IMG/VR virus record: IMGVR_UViG_3300019742_000001
Strand: one strand, 5' to 3'
From: a virus
Lineage: Duplodnaviria; Caudoviricetes
DNA length: 64,000 nucleotides
Below are positions 49,648 to 58,979 of the stretch, in pieces. The position numbers and the translations under genes were made by a program. Under the pieces are notes generated by a model that worked only from the letters and a program-made list of their open reading frames with translations, searched no databases and was not told the origin of the DNA. Within the stretch, counting starts at the first letter, position 1, and each line of letters starts with the position of its first letter.

Positions 49648-50631
49648 ATGAGATTTGAAGATTTACTATTGAATGAGAAGGCAATGACACCGAAACAGGC
49701 TATCAAGTTTGCTACTGATACTGATTATAATAATATATCAAGTGCGTCAGAGAAAGAGTTCATTGAGACATGGAAAATGATAACCAAGGAGTGTAAAGGT
49801 TTCATTCGTGAATTGAGGAAAGGTGATCAATTATTGTTTAGAGGTATGAAAAACATAGACAATATGGGTAGCAGAGTACCGAGGAAGAATCGTAGACCTT
49901 TGGATACACCAACCGCAGTAAGTGACAAAGCCGATGAAATAATATTAGAGTTATTTGGATGGAAACCGAGACAAGAGGGTTTATTCACAACAGGAAATAC
50001 ATTGTTTGCTGGTGGGTATGGTGATATTTGCATGGTCTTTCCGGTAGACAAGTATGATATACTATGGAGTTCAAAGACAACTGATGCATATTCCAAATTA
50101 AGAGATAGGTCAATTGGTGATTACATTAGGAAGAACTACACAAAAGAATTGAAGACAATGTATGATAAAAAATTTGCTGAGGGACATGAGGGTGTGTATC
50201 GGATAAGAGATAAAGGATATAATGTACCACTCCAAAAGAAATATAGGATTAAAAAAGCTGCAATCAAGTATTATGTTGATTATATTAAACAAAGTAACTT
50301 GATTCAAGGGGATGTAGAAGAGTTCGTAAAAGATAATATATATTGGGACCCAGAGAGGTCATTTGATGGTTTCCTTAATTGGGTAAGACATGGGTATTTT
50401 CTTGATGAAGGTAGGAAGTCGTGGCCAGAAGGATTTGATAAATTATTCAGTGATGCTGTTGAGAAGATGGTAATTGATGAACTTGATTATAATGATAAAG
50501 ATTTAAGAAAGGCGATACAATCAGGTAATGAGATTCAAGTAAAGTGTGACAAATACTATTACATTGGACTGGAATGTATGCCATTAGTTGAATTATGTTT
50601 ATGGGGTAAGACGATAAGGAGTGAAATTTAA
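49648..50631 (+). CDS. ADP-ribosyltransferase-like protein (subfamily 1) with CTS leader
   Basis: Start MRFEDLLLNE (GGAG SD, TATAAATA 49611); LLFRG, GLFTTG...GYG, NEIQVKC. Confidence 0.55.
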   Translation: MRFEDLLLNEKAMTPKQAIKFATDTDYNNISSASEKEFIETWKMITKECKGFIRELRKGDQLLFRGMKNIDNMGSRVPRKNRRPLDTPTAVSDKADEIILELFGWKPRQEGLFTTGNTLFAGGYGDICMVFPVDKYDILWSSKTTDAYSKLRDRSIGDYIRKNYTKELKTMYDKKFAEGHEGVYRIRDKGYNVPLQKKYRIKKAAIKYYVDYIKQSNLIQGDVEEFVKDNIYWDPERSFDGFLNWVRHGYFLDEGRKSWPEGFDKLFSDAVEKMVIDELDYNDKDLRKAIQSGNEIQVKCDKYYYIGLECMPLVELCLWGKTIRSEI

Positions 50632-51281
50632 TGAGATTACAACAATACATAACAGAAGGTGTTAGTGTAAAATATGATGACATATATGATATAATACCAC
50701 TAATAAAACGTGATTGTAAGAAGTGGATTAATGAAAGTAACGGACAGTTTGCGTTTAGAGGTATGAAAAACAAACCATTATTTATTAAACATGACGTAAG
50801 GAAAAACAGAAAACCAAAAGATACATCAAAGTCCCAACATGAATTGATGGATAACGTGATGAATGACAAATTTGGATGGCATCCTCGTTCTGAGGGTTTG
50901 TTTTGTTCGGGTGATATGATGTCAACAACTGATTATGGTGTTCCATACATGATATTTCCTATAGGTGATTATAGATATGTATGGAACCCAAAAGTTAAAG
51001 ATAGTTTTCTTGATACTTCTAACTTTTCATCATGGTGGGTCCAATTACTGAGTATTGCTATCGAAGATAAATTCTTAAATAAATTTATTATGGAAAAATC
51101 AACTAAAAAAATGTTGAAGGGGTACATTGATACTGGATTAAGTAACGCATTAAGACGAGATAATGAGGTAATGGTCGAATGTAAAGAGTATTATGCTATA
51201 CGAGCAGAATCCATACATAGTGTATATAATGATGACGCTCCATATGCATCATTCACAGACTTTTTGGTGGATATATCATGA
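50631..51281 (+). CDS. ADP-ribosyltransferase-like protein (subfamily 1) with CTS leader
   Basis: MRLQQYITE; AFRG, GLFCSG...YG, NEVMVEC. Confidence 0.55.
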   Translation: MRLQQYITEGVSVKYDDIYDIIPLIKRDCKKWINESNGQFAFRGMKNKPLFIKHDVRKNRKPKDTSKSQHELMDNVMNDKFGWHPRSEGLFCSGDMMSTTDYGVPYMIFPIGDYRYVWNPKVKDSFLDTSNFSSWWVQLLSIAIEDKFLNKFIMEKSTKKMLKGYIDTGLSNALRRDNEVMVECKEYYAIRAESIHSVYNDDAPYASFTDFLVDIS

Positions 51282-51874
51282 GATTACAACAATACATAAC
51301 AGAGAAGGCATCAAAGAACACCATTGTATGTGATGTTCAACCAATGTATGAACAATATCAGTCATTTGAGACATATGAGTTCACTGAATTCCTTAATACT
51401 CAAACTAAACAAGTTATGTATTATTTCAATGGACCTGATACTGTTGGTACTGATACAGAGAGTGATATCAAATACTGGTTGATTGAGAATGGATTGAATG
51501 AGGAAAAACTCAATGATATCACATTCTTTGATAAGGGGTATGCATATTTCCGATCATTTATGGATGAAGGTATATCCGAACATACAATAATCAAGATGAT
51601 TAGATATATGTTCAAGACAAGACAATGGGATTCACGTGATATAGAAAATGAAGAGTGGGAGAAGGCATTGGGTAGTGACTATGATAGTGATGTTGAACAT
51701 ATGTTAGACAGTGGTGATATGATTTATCCACCTGATATTGATATTCGTCAACTAAGGCAACACGGTGGAGGGTATATCGTAGGTGGTGGTAAGAGAGAAT
51801 GTTTGGCAGAACTTCAATTATTGATGTCTGCGTTTAATATAAAAGCAAGAGAAATTAAAAGATATGTATATTAG
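51278..51874 (+). CDS. CTS-leader protein, possible isochorismatase/cysteine-hydrolase fold
   Basis: MRLQQYITE; TIVCDVQP, DKGY, YIVGGGKRECL. Confidence 0.4.
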   Translation: MRLQQYITEKASKNTIVCDVQPMYEQYQSFETYEFTEFLNTQTKQVMYYFNGPDTVGTDTESDIKYWLIENGLNEEKLNDITFFDKGYAYFRSFMDEGISEHTIIKMIRYMFKTRQWDSRDIENEEWEKALGSDYDSDVEHMLDSGDMIYPPDIDIRQLRQHGGGYIVGGGKRECLAELQLLMSAFNIKAREIKRYVY

Positions 51875-51883
51875 GAGATTATA

Positions 51884-52600
51884 ATGGTAAATTTAAAAGG
51901 TGCTTATGTTACAAAAGATGTGAAATTGGATAGATTACCCGATTTCGATGAAAGAAGTAAAAACTTTCCTATCAGAGAGTTGTCTGGTTCAAAGAAACAA
52001 CGGTCATACACTTGGCGTTGTAATGAACAATTAGATCAAGGACCAGATGGTGCATGTGTTGGGTTTGGTGTTGCACATGAGTTAATCGCAAGACCAGCAG
52101 AAGTTAAAGGTATCACTGACACTTATGCAAAACAGAATATCTATTGGGAAGCACAGAAGATTGATCCTTGGGATGGTGGTAGTTATCCCGGTGCATCACC
52201 ATTTTATGAAGGAACAAGTGTTCTTGCTGGTGTTAAAGTAGTTCATAAAATGGGTTGGATTGATTCATATCGTTGGGCATTTGGATTGGAAGACTTGATT
52301 CTTGGTGTTGGTCATAATGGTCCAGCCGTTATTGGTGTTGGATGGCACGGCAACATGTTTCAACCTGATTCAGATGGTTACATTCACGCATCAGGTGGTA
52401 TCTATGGTGGTCACTGTGTATTAGTAAATGCAGTTAATGTTAAGAAACAACGATTTACTATTCATAACTCATGGGGTAAATCATGGGGTATGAATGGTGA
52501 GTGTTATATTTCATTTGAAGATATGGGTAAACTATTGGCAGATCGGGGAGAAGCAGTATTCTTCTTAAAACGTCATAACAAAAAACAACCACAAATATAA
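51884..52600 (+). CDS. Papain-like (C1) cysteine peptidase
   Basis: LDQG..GACVGF (Q/C), GGHCVL (H), HNSWG.SWGMNG (N). Confidence 0.88.
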   Translation: MVNLKGAYVTKDVKLDRLPDFDERSKNFPIRELSGSKKQRSYTWRCNEQLDQGPDGACVGFGVAHELIARPAEVKGITDTYAKQNIYWEAQKIDPWDGGSYPGASPFYEGTSVLAGVKVVHKMGWIDSYRWAFGLEDLILGVGHNGPAVIGVGWHGNMFQPDSDGYIHASGGIYGGHCVLVNAVNVKKQRFTIHNSWGKSWGMNGECYISFEDMGKLLADRGEAVFFLKRHNKKQPQI

Positions 52601-52623
52601 TTAAAGTATGGAGGAATAATAGT

Positions 52624-53520
52624 ATGAGATTGGATCATTTTTTGGTGGAAGGTAGATCAAAATCACTAAAATTACAACAATTCAGAGATGAACTTGGTAG
52701 TGGGAAATATTCCGATGTATTAAAGTATTATAAAAGTTTGGATGATCCCACATCAGGGTTTATATACAGAGGTAATCGGTCATCCGATACATTGGCTGTT
52801 GTAGACCCTAAGACATCAACTAGGACTAGTCAAAACACAGATAATTATTACACTCTTTTTATTGATAATGATCCATCGTGGTCTAAATTCCCTAAAAGGA
52901 GTAAGTCACTAATCTGTACAACTGATTACTCAAAATCAATATTATATGGTAATGGTTATGTAATGTTCCCTGTTAACGGATCGGATATAGGAATTTGTCC
53001 AAAGGGAGATATATGGGGTAGTTTTAAGGGGTTAGAGTCTAGTGGGGGTAATGATGGGTTTTTGGCATTACTTTTTGAGTCATTTAACGATATGTTTACT
53101 GTTATTAACAAAAGCGGGGAGATAAAAGAATGTTTTAATGAAGATTTTTCTATAGAGTCTCTTGTGAATAGTATGCTTAGCAGATCTAAGCCAACTAAAC
53201 ATAAAACTTATGATGATGACATTGGAACATTTAAGAAACAACTGAAATATCTCGACCAACACATCAAAAAGAACGGACCAGATATATATTTGGGGTATCT
53301 ACCTCTGATTGATAAGTTGTTTAATACATTTTACAAAGGTGATATGTATAAGTGTATATCTGATATACTTGATCCCAAAAGAAGTGGGTTTAAGTTACAA
53401 AAGGTTGGCAAAAAACTACCAACCAATGGACATGAAGTATGGACTGATGGTAAATGTTTAATGATGGATGTTCATCTTTTTGGTCAATTACATGATTCAG
53501 GTGAATTGTATGATTTGTAA
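52624..53520 (+). CDS. ADP-ribosyltransferase-like protein (subfamily 2) with CTS leader
   Basis: MRLDHFLVE; IYRG, RTSQNTDNYYTL, SLICTT...YG, HEVW. Confidence 0.55.
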   Translation: MRLDHFLVEGRSKSLKLQQFRDELGSGKYSDVLKYYKSLDDPTSGFIYRGNRSSDTLAVVDPKTSTRTSQNTDNYYTLFIDNDPSWSKFPKRSKSLICTTDYSKSILYGNGYVMFPVNGSDIGICPKGDIWGSFKGLESSGGNDGFLALLFESFNDMFTVINKSGEIKECFNEDFSIESLVNSMLSRSKPTKHKTYDDDIGTFKKQLKYLDQHIKKNGPDIYLGYLPLIDKLFNTFYKGDMYKCISDILDPKRSGFKLQKVGKKLPTNGHEVWTDGKCLMMDVHLFGQLHDSGELYDL

Positions 53521-53547
53521 AGAAATCACTAAAGAGGGTGGAAGTAT

Positions 53548-54387
53548 ATGAAATTACAGAGATATTTAATAGAAGGTCGTACCCAGAGTCTACCAAAAGA
53601 TGAATTCGAAAAACTGTTGAGAACTGACTATAGAGATTCTGTTATGTCAGTAATCAATGGAAAAGGGATGTTGTTTCGTGGTAACAAAGATACTCCACAA
53701 TATGGATATGTTGATACTTCAAAGGGGAAACTTAGACGATCTGCAAATACAAGTAATGAATATACACTGTGTATTGATAATTCGTCAAGGTGGAAGAATT
53801 ACCCTCGACGTGGTAGATCATTAATATGTTCCACCAGTTTATTATATGCTATTAATTATGGTCATCTTAATATTGTATTACCTATCAATGGATCATCTAT
53901 AGGTATATGTTCTGATGACGATTTTTGGTATAGTTTCCCATATATAGAGAAAGTGTTGCATATTAGAGATATGGATTCATTCAATAGTGAATTCAGGGAT
54001 CTATTACGTTGGGGTACAGGTAATAGAACCAATGATAAAAATTGGGCACAACTTAGATCGGCAATGAAAGAATTTGATAAGAAATTTGAGAATTATAATT
54101 ATGACTGGGACAATGTGTTTTCTGAAATATATTCGGGGATTAATTATACAAAATCTGCTTCTGCATGGGATGACGCATGGAAGGGTAGTTTACAAAAAAC
54201 TATCAATGATATAATAGATCCTGTAAATAATGAATTCAAGTTAGTCAATATTGGTGACCAGTTTGATGATGATTGTGAAGCATGGTTTAGTGGTAAATCA
54301 CTTGTTATCAATACTAACTATTTTGGTGACAAAGGTGAATATGAAAAAACATTGAATTATTTGATGTCAGTTATGGAGGGACATTAG
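53548..54387 (+). CDS. ADP-ribosyltransferase-like protein (subfamily 2) with CTS leader
   Basis: MKLQRYLIE; LFRG, RRSANTSNEYTL, SLICSTS..A.NYG, CEAW. Confidence 0.55.
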   Translation: MKLQRYLIEGRTQSLPKDEFEKLLRTDYRDSVMSVINGKGMLFRGNKDTPQYGYVDTSKGKLRRSANTSNEYTLCIDNSSRWKNYPRRGRSLICSTSLLYAINYGHLNIVLPINGSSIGICSDDDFWYSFPYIEKVLHIRDMDSFNSEFRDLLRWGTGNRTNDKNWAQLRSAMKEFDKKFENYNYDWDNVFSEIYSGINYTKSASAWDDAWKGSLQKTINDIIDPVNNEFKLVNIGDQFDDDCEAWFSGKSLVINTNYFGDKGEYEKTLNYLMSVMEGH

Positions 54388-54391
54388 GTTT

Positions 54392-54973
54392 ATGAAATTA
54401 CAGAGATATATAAATGAAATGGGGTTTGATGAGGAACAGGATTTATGGCAAAAAGAGATCTTGCCCAAACTTGAAAAGGATTGTAAACCATTCCTCAAAG
54501 AAAAGACATTACTTTATAGAGGTTTTGGTAGAAGATTTGATTTCGAATTTATCATACCTCGTAAGGATAGAAGACCATTGGATAGCCCACAGTGGTTCCA
54601 TGATGGTTTCGATAATGCATCTAAAAAAGTGTTTGGTTGGAAGTCGAGATCAGAGGGAGTCTTTGCATCATCTACATATTCAACAGCTAGTGCTTATGCT
54701 GGTAGTGGTACAGTGGCAATGGTATTCCCTAAAGGTAAATTCAAGTATATCTGGTCATCAAAGATCAATGATTTATTTGATGAACTCAATGATGAAGATT
54801 TCTCAATATTTGATGATGAAACTGCGTGGGTTCAATTCGTAAAACAGAACTACCAAGATAATAATTTAAGATCGGTTCGCAACGAAAACACAGAGATTAT
54901 GTTGTATTGTCCTAATGGATATTACGCGGTGGATGTGGCGTTTGATGAGGCTGTAAAAAAGGTGTTATTATGA
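54392..54973 (+). CDS. ADP-ribosyltransferase-like protein (subfamily 1) with CTS leader
   Basis: MKLQRYINE; LLYRG, GVFASS...ASAYA, TEIMLYC. Confidence 0.55.
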   Translation: MKLQRYINEMGFDEEQDLWQKEILPKLEKDCKPFLKEKTLLYRGFGRRFDFEFIIPRKDRRPLDSPQWFHDGFDNASKKVFGWKSRSEGVFASSTYSTASAYAGSGTVAMVFPKGKFKYIWSSKINDLFDELNDEDFSIFDDETAWVQFVKQNYQDNNLRSVRNENTEIMLYCPNGYYAVDVAFDEAVKKVLL

Positions 54974-55710
54974 GATTAGAATCGTATATAGATAGTAGTG
55001 ATATAACATATGAACAGTATGTATCAGGTATTGACTCATATTTCTCAGTGGATGAGGGTTTCAAAGAGGTCAAGGATAAGTCGGTTGCATTTGTTAAGAG
55101 ACAATTGAAGATGGCATCAGATGAATTTGATAAGATATCACATGAACTAGGGTTGTCATTGATTCAGATATCACATGCATTAACGGAAAAGAATGTGTTC
55201 AAGTTACTGAAATCAATAGGGTTTTCTTTCGTGAAACTTTTATCATCATTAAATGGATTATCAGGTATAGTTCGTCAAGGTCTGTTTGATGCATTTGAAG
55301 AATTATCCAAAACACAACTATGGATGAAGTTCAAGTCTGGTGTTGCTGCATGGGATGATATACTTGACCGATATCCAGTGATGAAAAAAGTAACTGGTGT
55401 GTTAGTCGCAGGTCTTTTGTTTTTCATGTGGACACAAATGACATTCATTGGAAATCTTGACTATGATTTTGATTTCACCTCAATTGCGTTGGCATTGAAA
55501 GGGAAATACTCACTGGAACAAATATTTGGTGGTCCTGAAGGTGCAATGTTATTGACACTGTTCGCTAGTGGATCATTAATTAGTGTTGCTTGGTTGGGTG
55601 AAACTGTATACAACCTGATCTTGGCATTGGTTTACACAGGTTCCAAGAAATTGTCAACTGTTGACCATAAGGTGGTTAACATAATCAAATCAAAAATGGT
55701 ATTCGAATGA
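54970..55710 (+). CDS. CTS-like-leader protein with hydrophobic helical C-terminal half
   Basis: MRLESYIDS; TM-like VTGVLVAGLLFFMW, AMLLTLFASGSLISVAW, VYNLILALVY. Confidence 0.6.
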   Translation: MRLESYIDSSDITYEQYVSGIDSYFSVDEGFKEVKDKSVAFVKRQLKMASDEFDKISHELGLSLIQISHALTEKNVFKLLKSIGFSFVKLLSSLNGLSGIVRQGLFDAFEELSKTQLWMKFKSGVAAWDDILDRYPVMKKVTGVLVAGLLFFMWTQMTFIGNLDYDFDFTSIALALKGKYSLEQIFGGPEGAMLLTLFASGSLISVAWLGETVYNLILALVYTGSKKLSTVDHKVVNIIKSKMVFE

Positions 55711-56543
55711 GATTAGAACAGTATATTATCAACGAGAGTTCAAGATCAAAACCTTTGGACAAAGAAACGTTCGAAGAATTGTTGAGAACTGATTATAGTG
55801 ATGCTGCTAAGGCATTAGTCAAAAATGCCAGTAGTAGATTGTATCGTGGTAACTATGATCTTGCAAGATATGCCTTAACCGACCCTACCAAGGGAAGGTT
55901 ACGGAGATCATCTAACACATCAAATGAGTATACTCTGTTTATGGATAACAACAAGATATGGAATGAGTATCCTAATCGTGGTCGTTCCATTATATGTTCA
56001 ACCGATATGTTATCATCAGAACAGTATGGTGATAATGGGTTGGTTATCCCAATGAATGGCACACTACTTGGTCAATGTAATGAGTTTGATTTGTGGTCAT
56101 CATTCAAAGTATTGGAGAAATCACTTGATGTCGAGGATATGGATGATTTTAATCACACGTTACGTTTTCTAATTGGTGTAGGAAATGATACTAATTGGCG
56201 TACGTTACGTAAATCATTTACAACATTTGACAAGAAGCTAAAAGAGGGTGGTTGGGAATCGATATACAATGATATCATTACCAAGACTAAATATCAAAAG
56301 GAATATGCTCGTGAACTGGTTAGTAGGTGGGAGAAAATATGGAAGGGTTCTATGATGAAGACAATGGAATATCTATTAGATCCAAAGACTAACAAGTTTA
56401 AATTAAAGAAATCAGGTGACAAATTTGAACCAAATCGTGAGGTATGGGTTGGCGGTAAGGCGTTATATGTATCACTTGATTATCTTGACGCTACATCGGG
56501 TGATAAACACACAATCGATTATATAAAGAGGGTTATATCATGA
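55707..56543 (+). CDS. ADP-ribosyltransferase-like protein (subfamily 2) with CTS leader
   Basis: MRLEQYIINE; LYRG, RRSSNTSNEYTL, SIICST...YG, REVW. Confidence 0.55.
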   Translation: MRLEQYIINESSRSKPLDKETFEELLRTDYSDAAKALVKNASSRLYRGNYDLARYALTDPTKGRLRRSSNTSNEYTLFMDNNKIWNEYPNRGRSIICSTDMLSSEQYGDNGLVIPMNGTLLGQCNEFDLWSSFKVLEKSLDVEDMDDFNHTLRFLIGVGNDTNWRTLRKSFTTFDKKLKEGGWESIYNDIITKTKYQKEYARELVSRWEKIWKGSMMKTMEYLLDPKTNKFKLKKSGDKFEPNREVWVGGKALYVSLDYLDATSGDKHTIDYIKRVIS

Positions 56544-56986
56544 AATTATGTCAATACTTAATAGAATCCAATAGATTGAAGGTATACTTCGCACATCCAC
56601 GGGCAACGTATGGTAAACCAGAGGAAACAAAATGTATTAAAATGATAACTGACAAATTCCCTGAACATATCATTGTCACACCTAATAACAGTAATATCAT
56701 AGATCGTGCCAATAAGATGGGGTTTGATATATTCTTTGGGATTATTAATACAACACAGATAATGTGTGTTATGCCATTCAAAGATGGGATCATAGGTAAT
56801 GGCGCGTATCGTGAGTGTGAACATGCTAGTAAGAAGGGGATACCGATATTTGTTGTAAATCCTTGGAATAATACTATTACTGTAACACCATTTCATAAGT
56901 TGAAGGGTATCAGTCCAGAAGAAACGTTTGGTCGTATTGACAAAAAAGATCAACATAAATGGAAGGTACATGAGACAAGTGTATAA
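56540..56986 (+). CDS. Nucleoside 2-deoxyribosyltransferase/TIR-like Rossmann protein with CTS leader
   Basis: MKLCQYLIE; KVYFAHP...IG.GAY.E.E.A.KKGIPIF. Confidence 0.55.
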   Translation: MKLCQYLIESNRLKVYFAHPRATYGKPEETKCIKMITDKFPEHIIVTPNNSNIIDRANKMGFDIFFGIINTTQIMCVMPFKDGIIGNGAYRECEHASKKGIPIFVVNPWNNTITVTPFHKLKGISPEETFGRIDKKDQHKWKVHETSV

Positions 56987-57029
56987 ATAGTTAAAGATCA
57001 AATAAAATTTAATTTATGTGGAGAAATAT

Positions 57030-58466
57030 ATGAAGAACATGTTTGAACAAATTGAAAGGGCACAATCAGCAGTAGATCGTGTTGATGAAAGTGGTATTAA
57101 GAATATTAGAATGTGGGCAAAAAAGTATAAAGAAGCCGAAGGTTATTATCATATGGATACAGATGGTGTTACATCAGCTATCGCAATGAAAGCCTATCTT
57201 GAGGCGTATGGTATTAAAACAGTGGCAGTTCATAAGATTAACTATGGTTCCAATGAGTTCTCGGCAGTTAAGGCAAAGAAAGGTCGTTTGGTGTGGATGG
57301 TTGACTTTGCACACGGTAAACCTTTCCTTCATATTCATACTGATCATCATGACGCACAAACAGGTGATGCAGAAACTACTTCAACCGCATTTGAGAAAGC
57401 TCCTTCTAACGTACAAGCAATCAGTCAGAAGATTAGTCCAAGAGATTTATTCTCTGCGGAAGACATCAAGGTTATTTCGATGGTTGATACTGCCGACTTC
57501 GCTAAGAATGATATCACACCTGATCAAGTAATGAACGCAGCATTCGGATATGACAAAACATTGAATGTTGACCGTAATCACACTATGATGGGATTGGTTG
57601 TTAACAAACTCTTATTGGCATACAAGAATAAGAAAGGTTTCCTTGATAAATTGGTGTTACAAGCAAAACCTTCATTAATCAGCCTGTATACTGTTATCAA
57701 GAAAGTGGCAAAAGAAGAAAATTATAAGACACCAGCAGAAGTTGGTAGTGGTGTTGAAAACTACGTATCAGCACAGAAAGGTAAGATCATTGAACCAGAT
57801 ATTGATCCTAGTAAACTTAAAGGTGGACAGTCTACAATGTGGGGTTCAACTATCGTACAATACGGTGGTGGTGGTATGTTCAATGGTTATGACCGTTATA
57901 CACCATTCAAGAATAATCCAACAGCAGACTATTTGATCATTGCATGGCCTATGGGATTGGTTCAAGCATCAAAGAATCCATTCAAAGGTGGTAGTAATCC
58001 TCATCCATTAGGTGATTTGGCTATCAAGAAATTGTTAGGTAACAGTAAATGGAAGTCACGTCTAAGTAAAGTGAATGTATCGTTAGCTGAGATCAAGAGA
58101 ATCTTTGAAATGGATATCAAACCAGCAGATCGTGATGCTATGGGATTCAATTTTGAAGACTTTGCTTCGTTGGTTACCAAAGATCAAGTTAAAGGTATGG
58201 ATATAGAGGGTAATAGTGGTTACACTGGATTCATTAAATCACTGGCTAACGTAAAATTCAGTCAGTTGTCATACAAACAGAAACAAAACTTAGAGAAAGT
58301 CACTGTATCTGTATATGACATCATGGTTGCACAGTCTGGTGGTCATAGAGATATCACAAATGTTCAAGGTTTTAATTTTTTGGGTAAAGGATATGTTGAT
58401 ATAATGAAGGAGTTTATGAAAGATCTTGCTCTTGAGTTGAAAGACAAACGATTGGAGAAAAAATAA
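57030..58466 (+). CDS. DHH-family phosphoesterase
   Basis: HMDTDG, VDFAH, TDHHD, VDTADF, SGGH; TATAAATA at 56982. Confidence 0.75.
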   Translation: MKNMFEQIERAQSAVDRVDESGIKNIRMWAKKYKEAEGYYHMDTDGVTSAIAMKAYLEAYGIKTVAVHKINYGSNEFSAVKAKKGRLVWMVDFAHGKPFLHIHTDHHDAQTGDAETTSTAFEKAPSNVQAISQKISPRDLFSAEDIKVISMVDTADFAKNDITPDQVMNAAFGYDKTLNVDRNHTMMGLVVNKLLLAYKNKKGFLDKLVLQAKPSLISLYTVIKKVAKEENYKTPAEVGSGVENYVSAQKGKIIEPDIDPSKLKGGQSTMWGSTIVQYGGGGMFNGYDRYTPFKNNPTADYLIIAWPMGLVQASKNPFKGGSNPHPLGDLAIKKLLGNSKWKSRLSKVNVSLAEIKRIFEMDIKPADRDAMGFNFEDFASLVTKDQVKGMDIEGNSGYTGFIKSLANVKFSQLSYKQKQNLEKVTVSVYDIMVAQSGGHRDITNVQGFNFLGKGYVDIMKEFMKDLALELKDKRLEKK

Positions 58467-58977
58467 TGAGTAGATTAAGTGATTTATTAGAGTCTAACAA
58501 CAATCGTGGTAATGACAGACTTGATCCAGATGAATTAGCTGATCAAATAGGTGGATATTTTGAAGATGTTATGTTCAATCTTGAATCTATTAGTGAGTTG
58601 CCTGTTGTACCACCTAAATTGAAGACTCGTTTACGTAAAATATACAAAGATGTCTTGAACATCAAAGGTGATTTAGACAAGGAGTTATAATGGATTTACT
58701 ACAGAAGATTGACATATATATCAACGAAATGATTGAAGTTGAAGTGAATGGGTTAAGAAATGGTAAGAATATACTATTCACAGTAGGTAGACATAATCTT
58801 AGGGTATTTGTTGATAAGGTACAATTCAGTATTGCAACAAAATCTGTCACTAAAGAGAAATTCCTTTCGTCAAGTGATGGTAGGGCTGTCCATAGGGCAT
58901 ACATTAAGAACAAACAAGAGAACAGTGATTACTTTAATAATAAGAATCTTAATATACAAAAAATTATAAGGGCTTAA
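58466..58977 (+). other. Two small late ORFs (58466-58690 MSRLSDLLES; 58690-58977 MDLLQKIDIYINE)
   Basis: Coupled ORFs with leader motifs. Confidence 0.6.
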
Positions 58978-58979
58978 TT

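Noticed and set aside
54414-54842. Alternative-frame ORF inside 54392..54973 (likewise 25699..26043 and 27545..27778)
   Set aside because: These are same-region overlapping frames with no motifs. The primary frames carry the family signatures.
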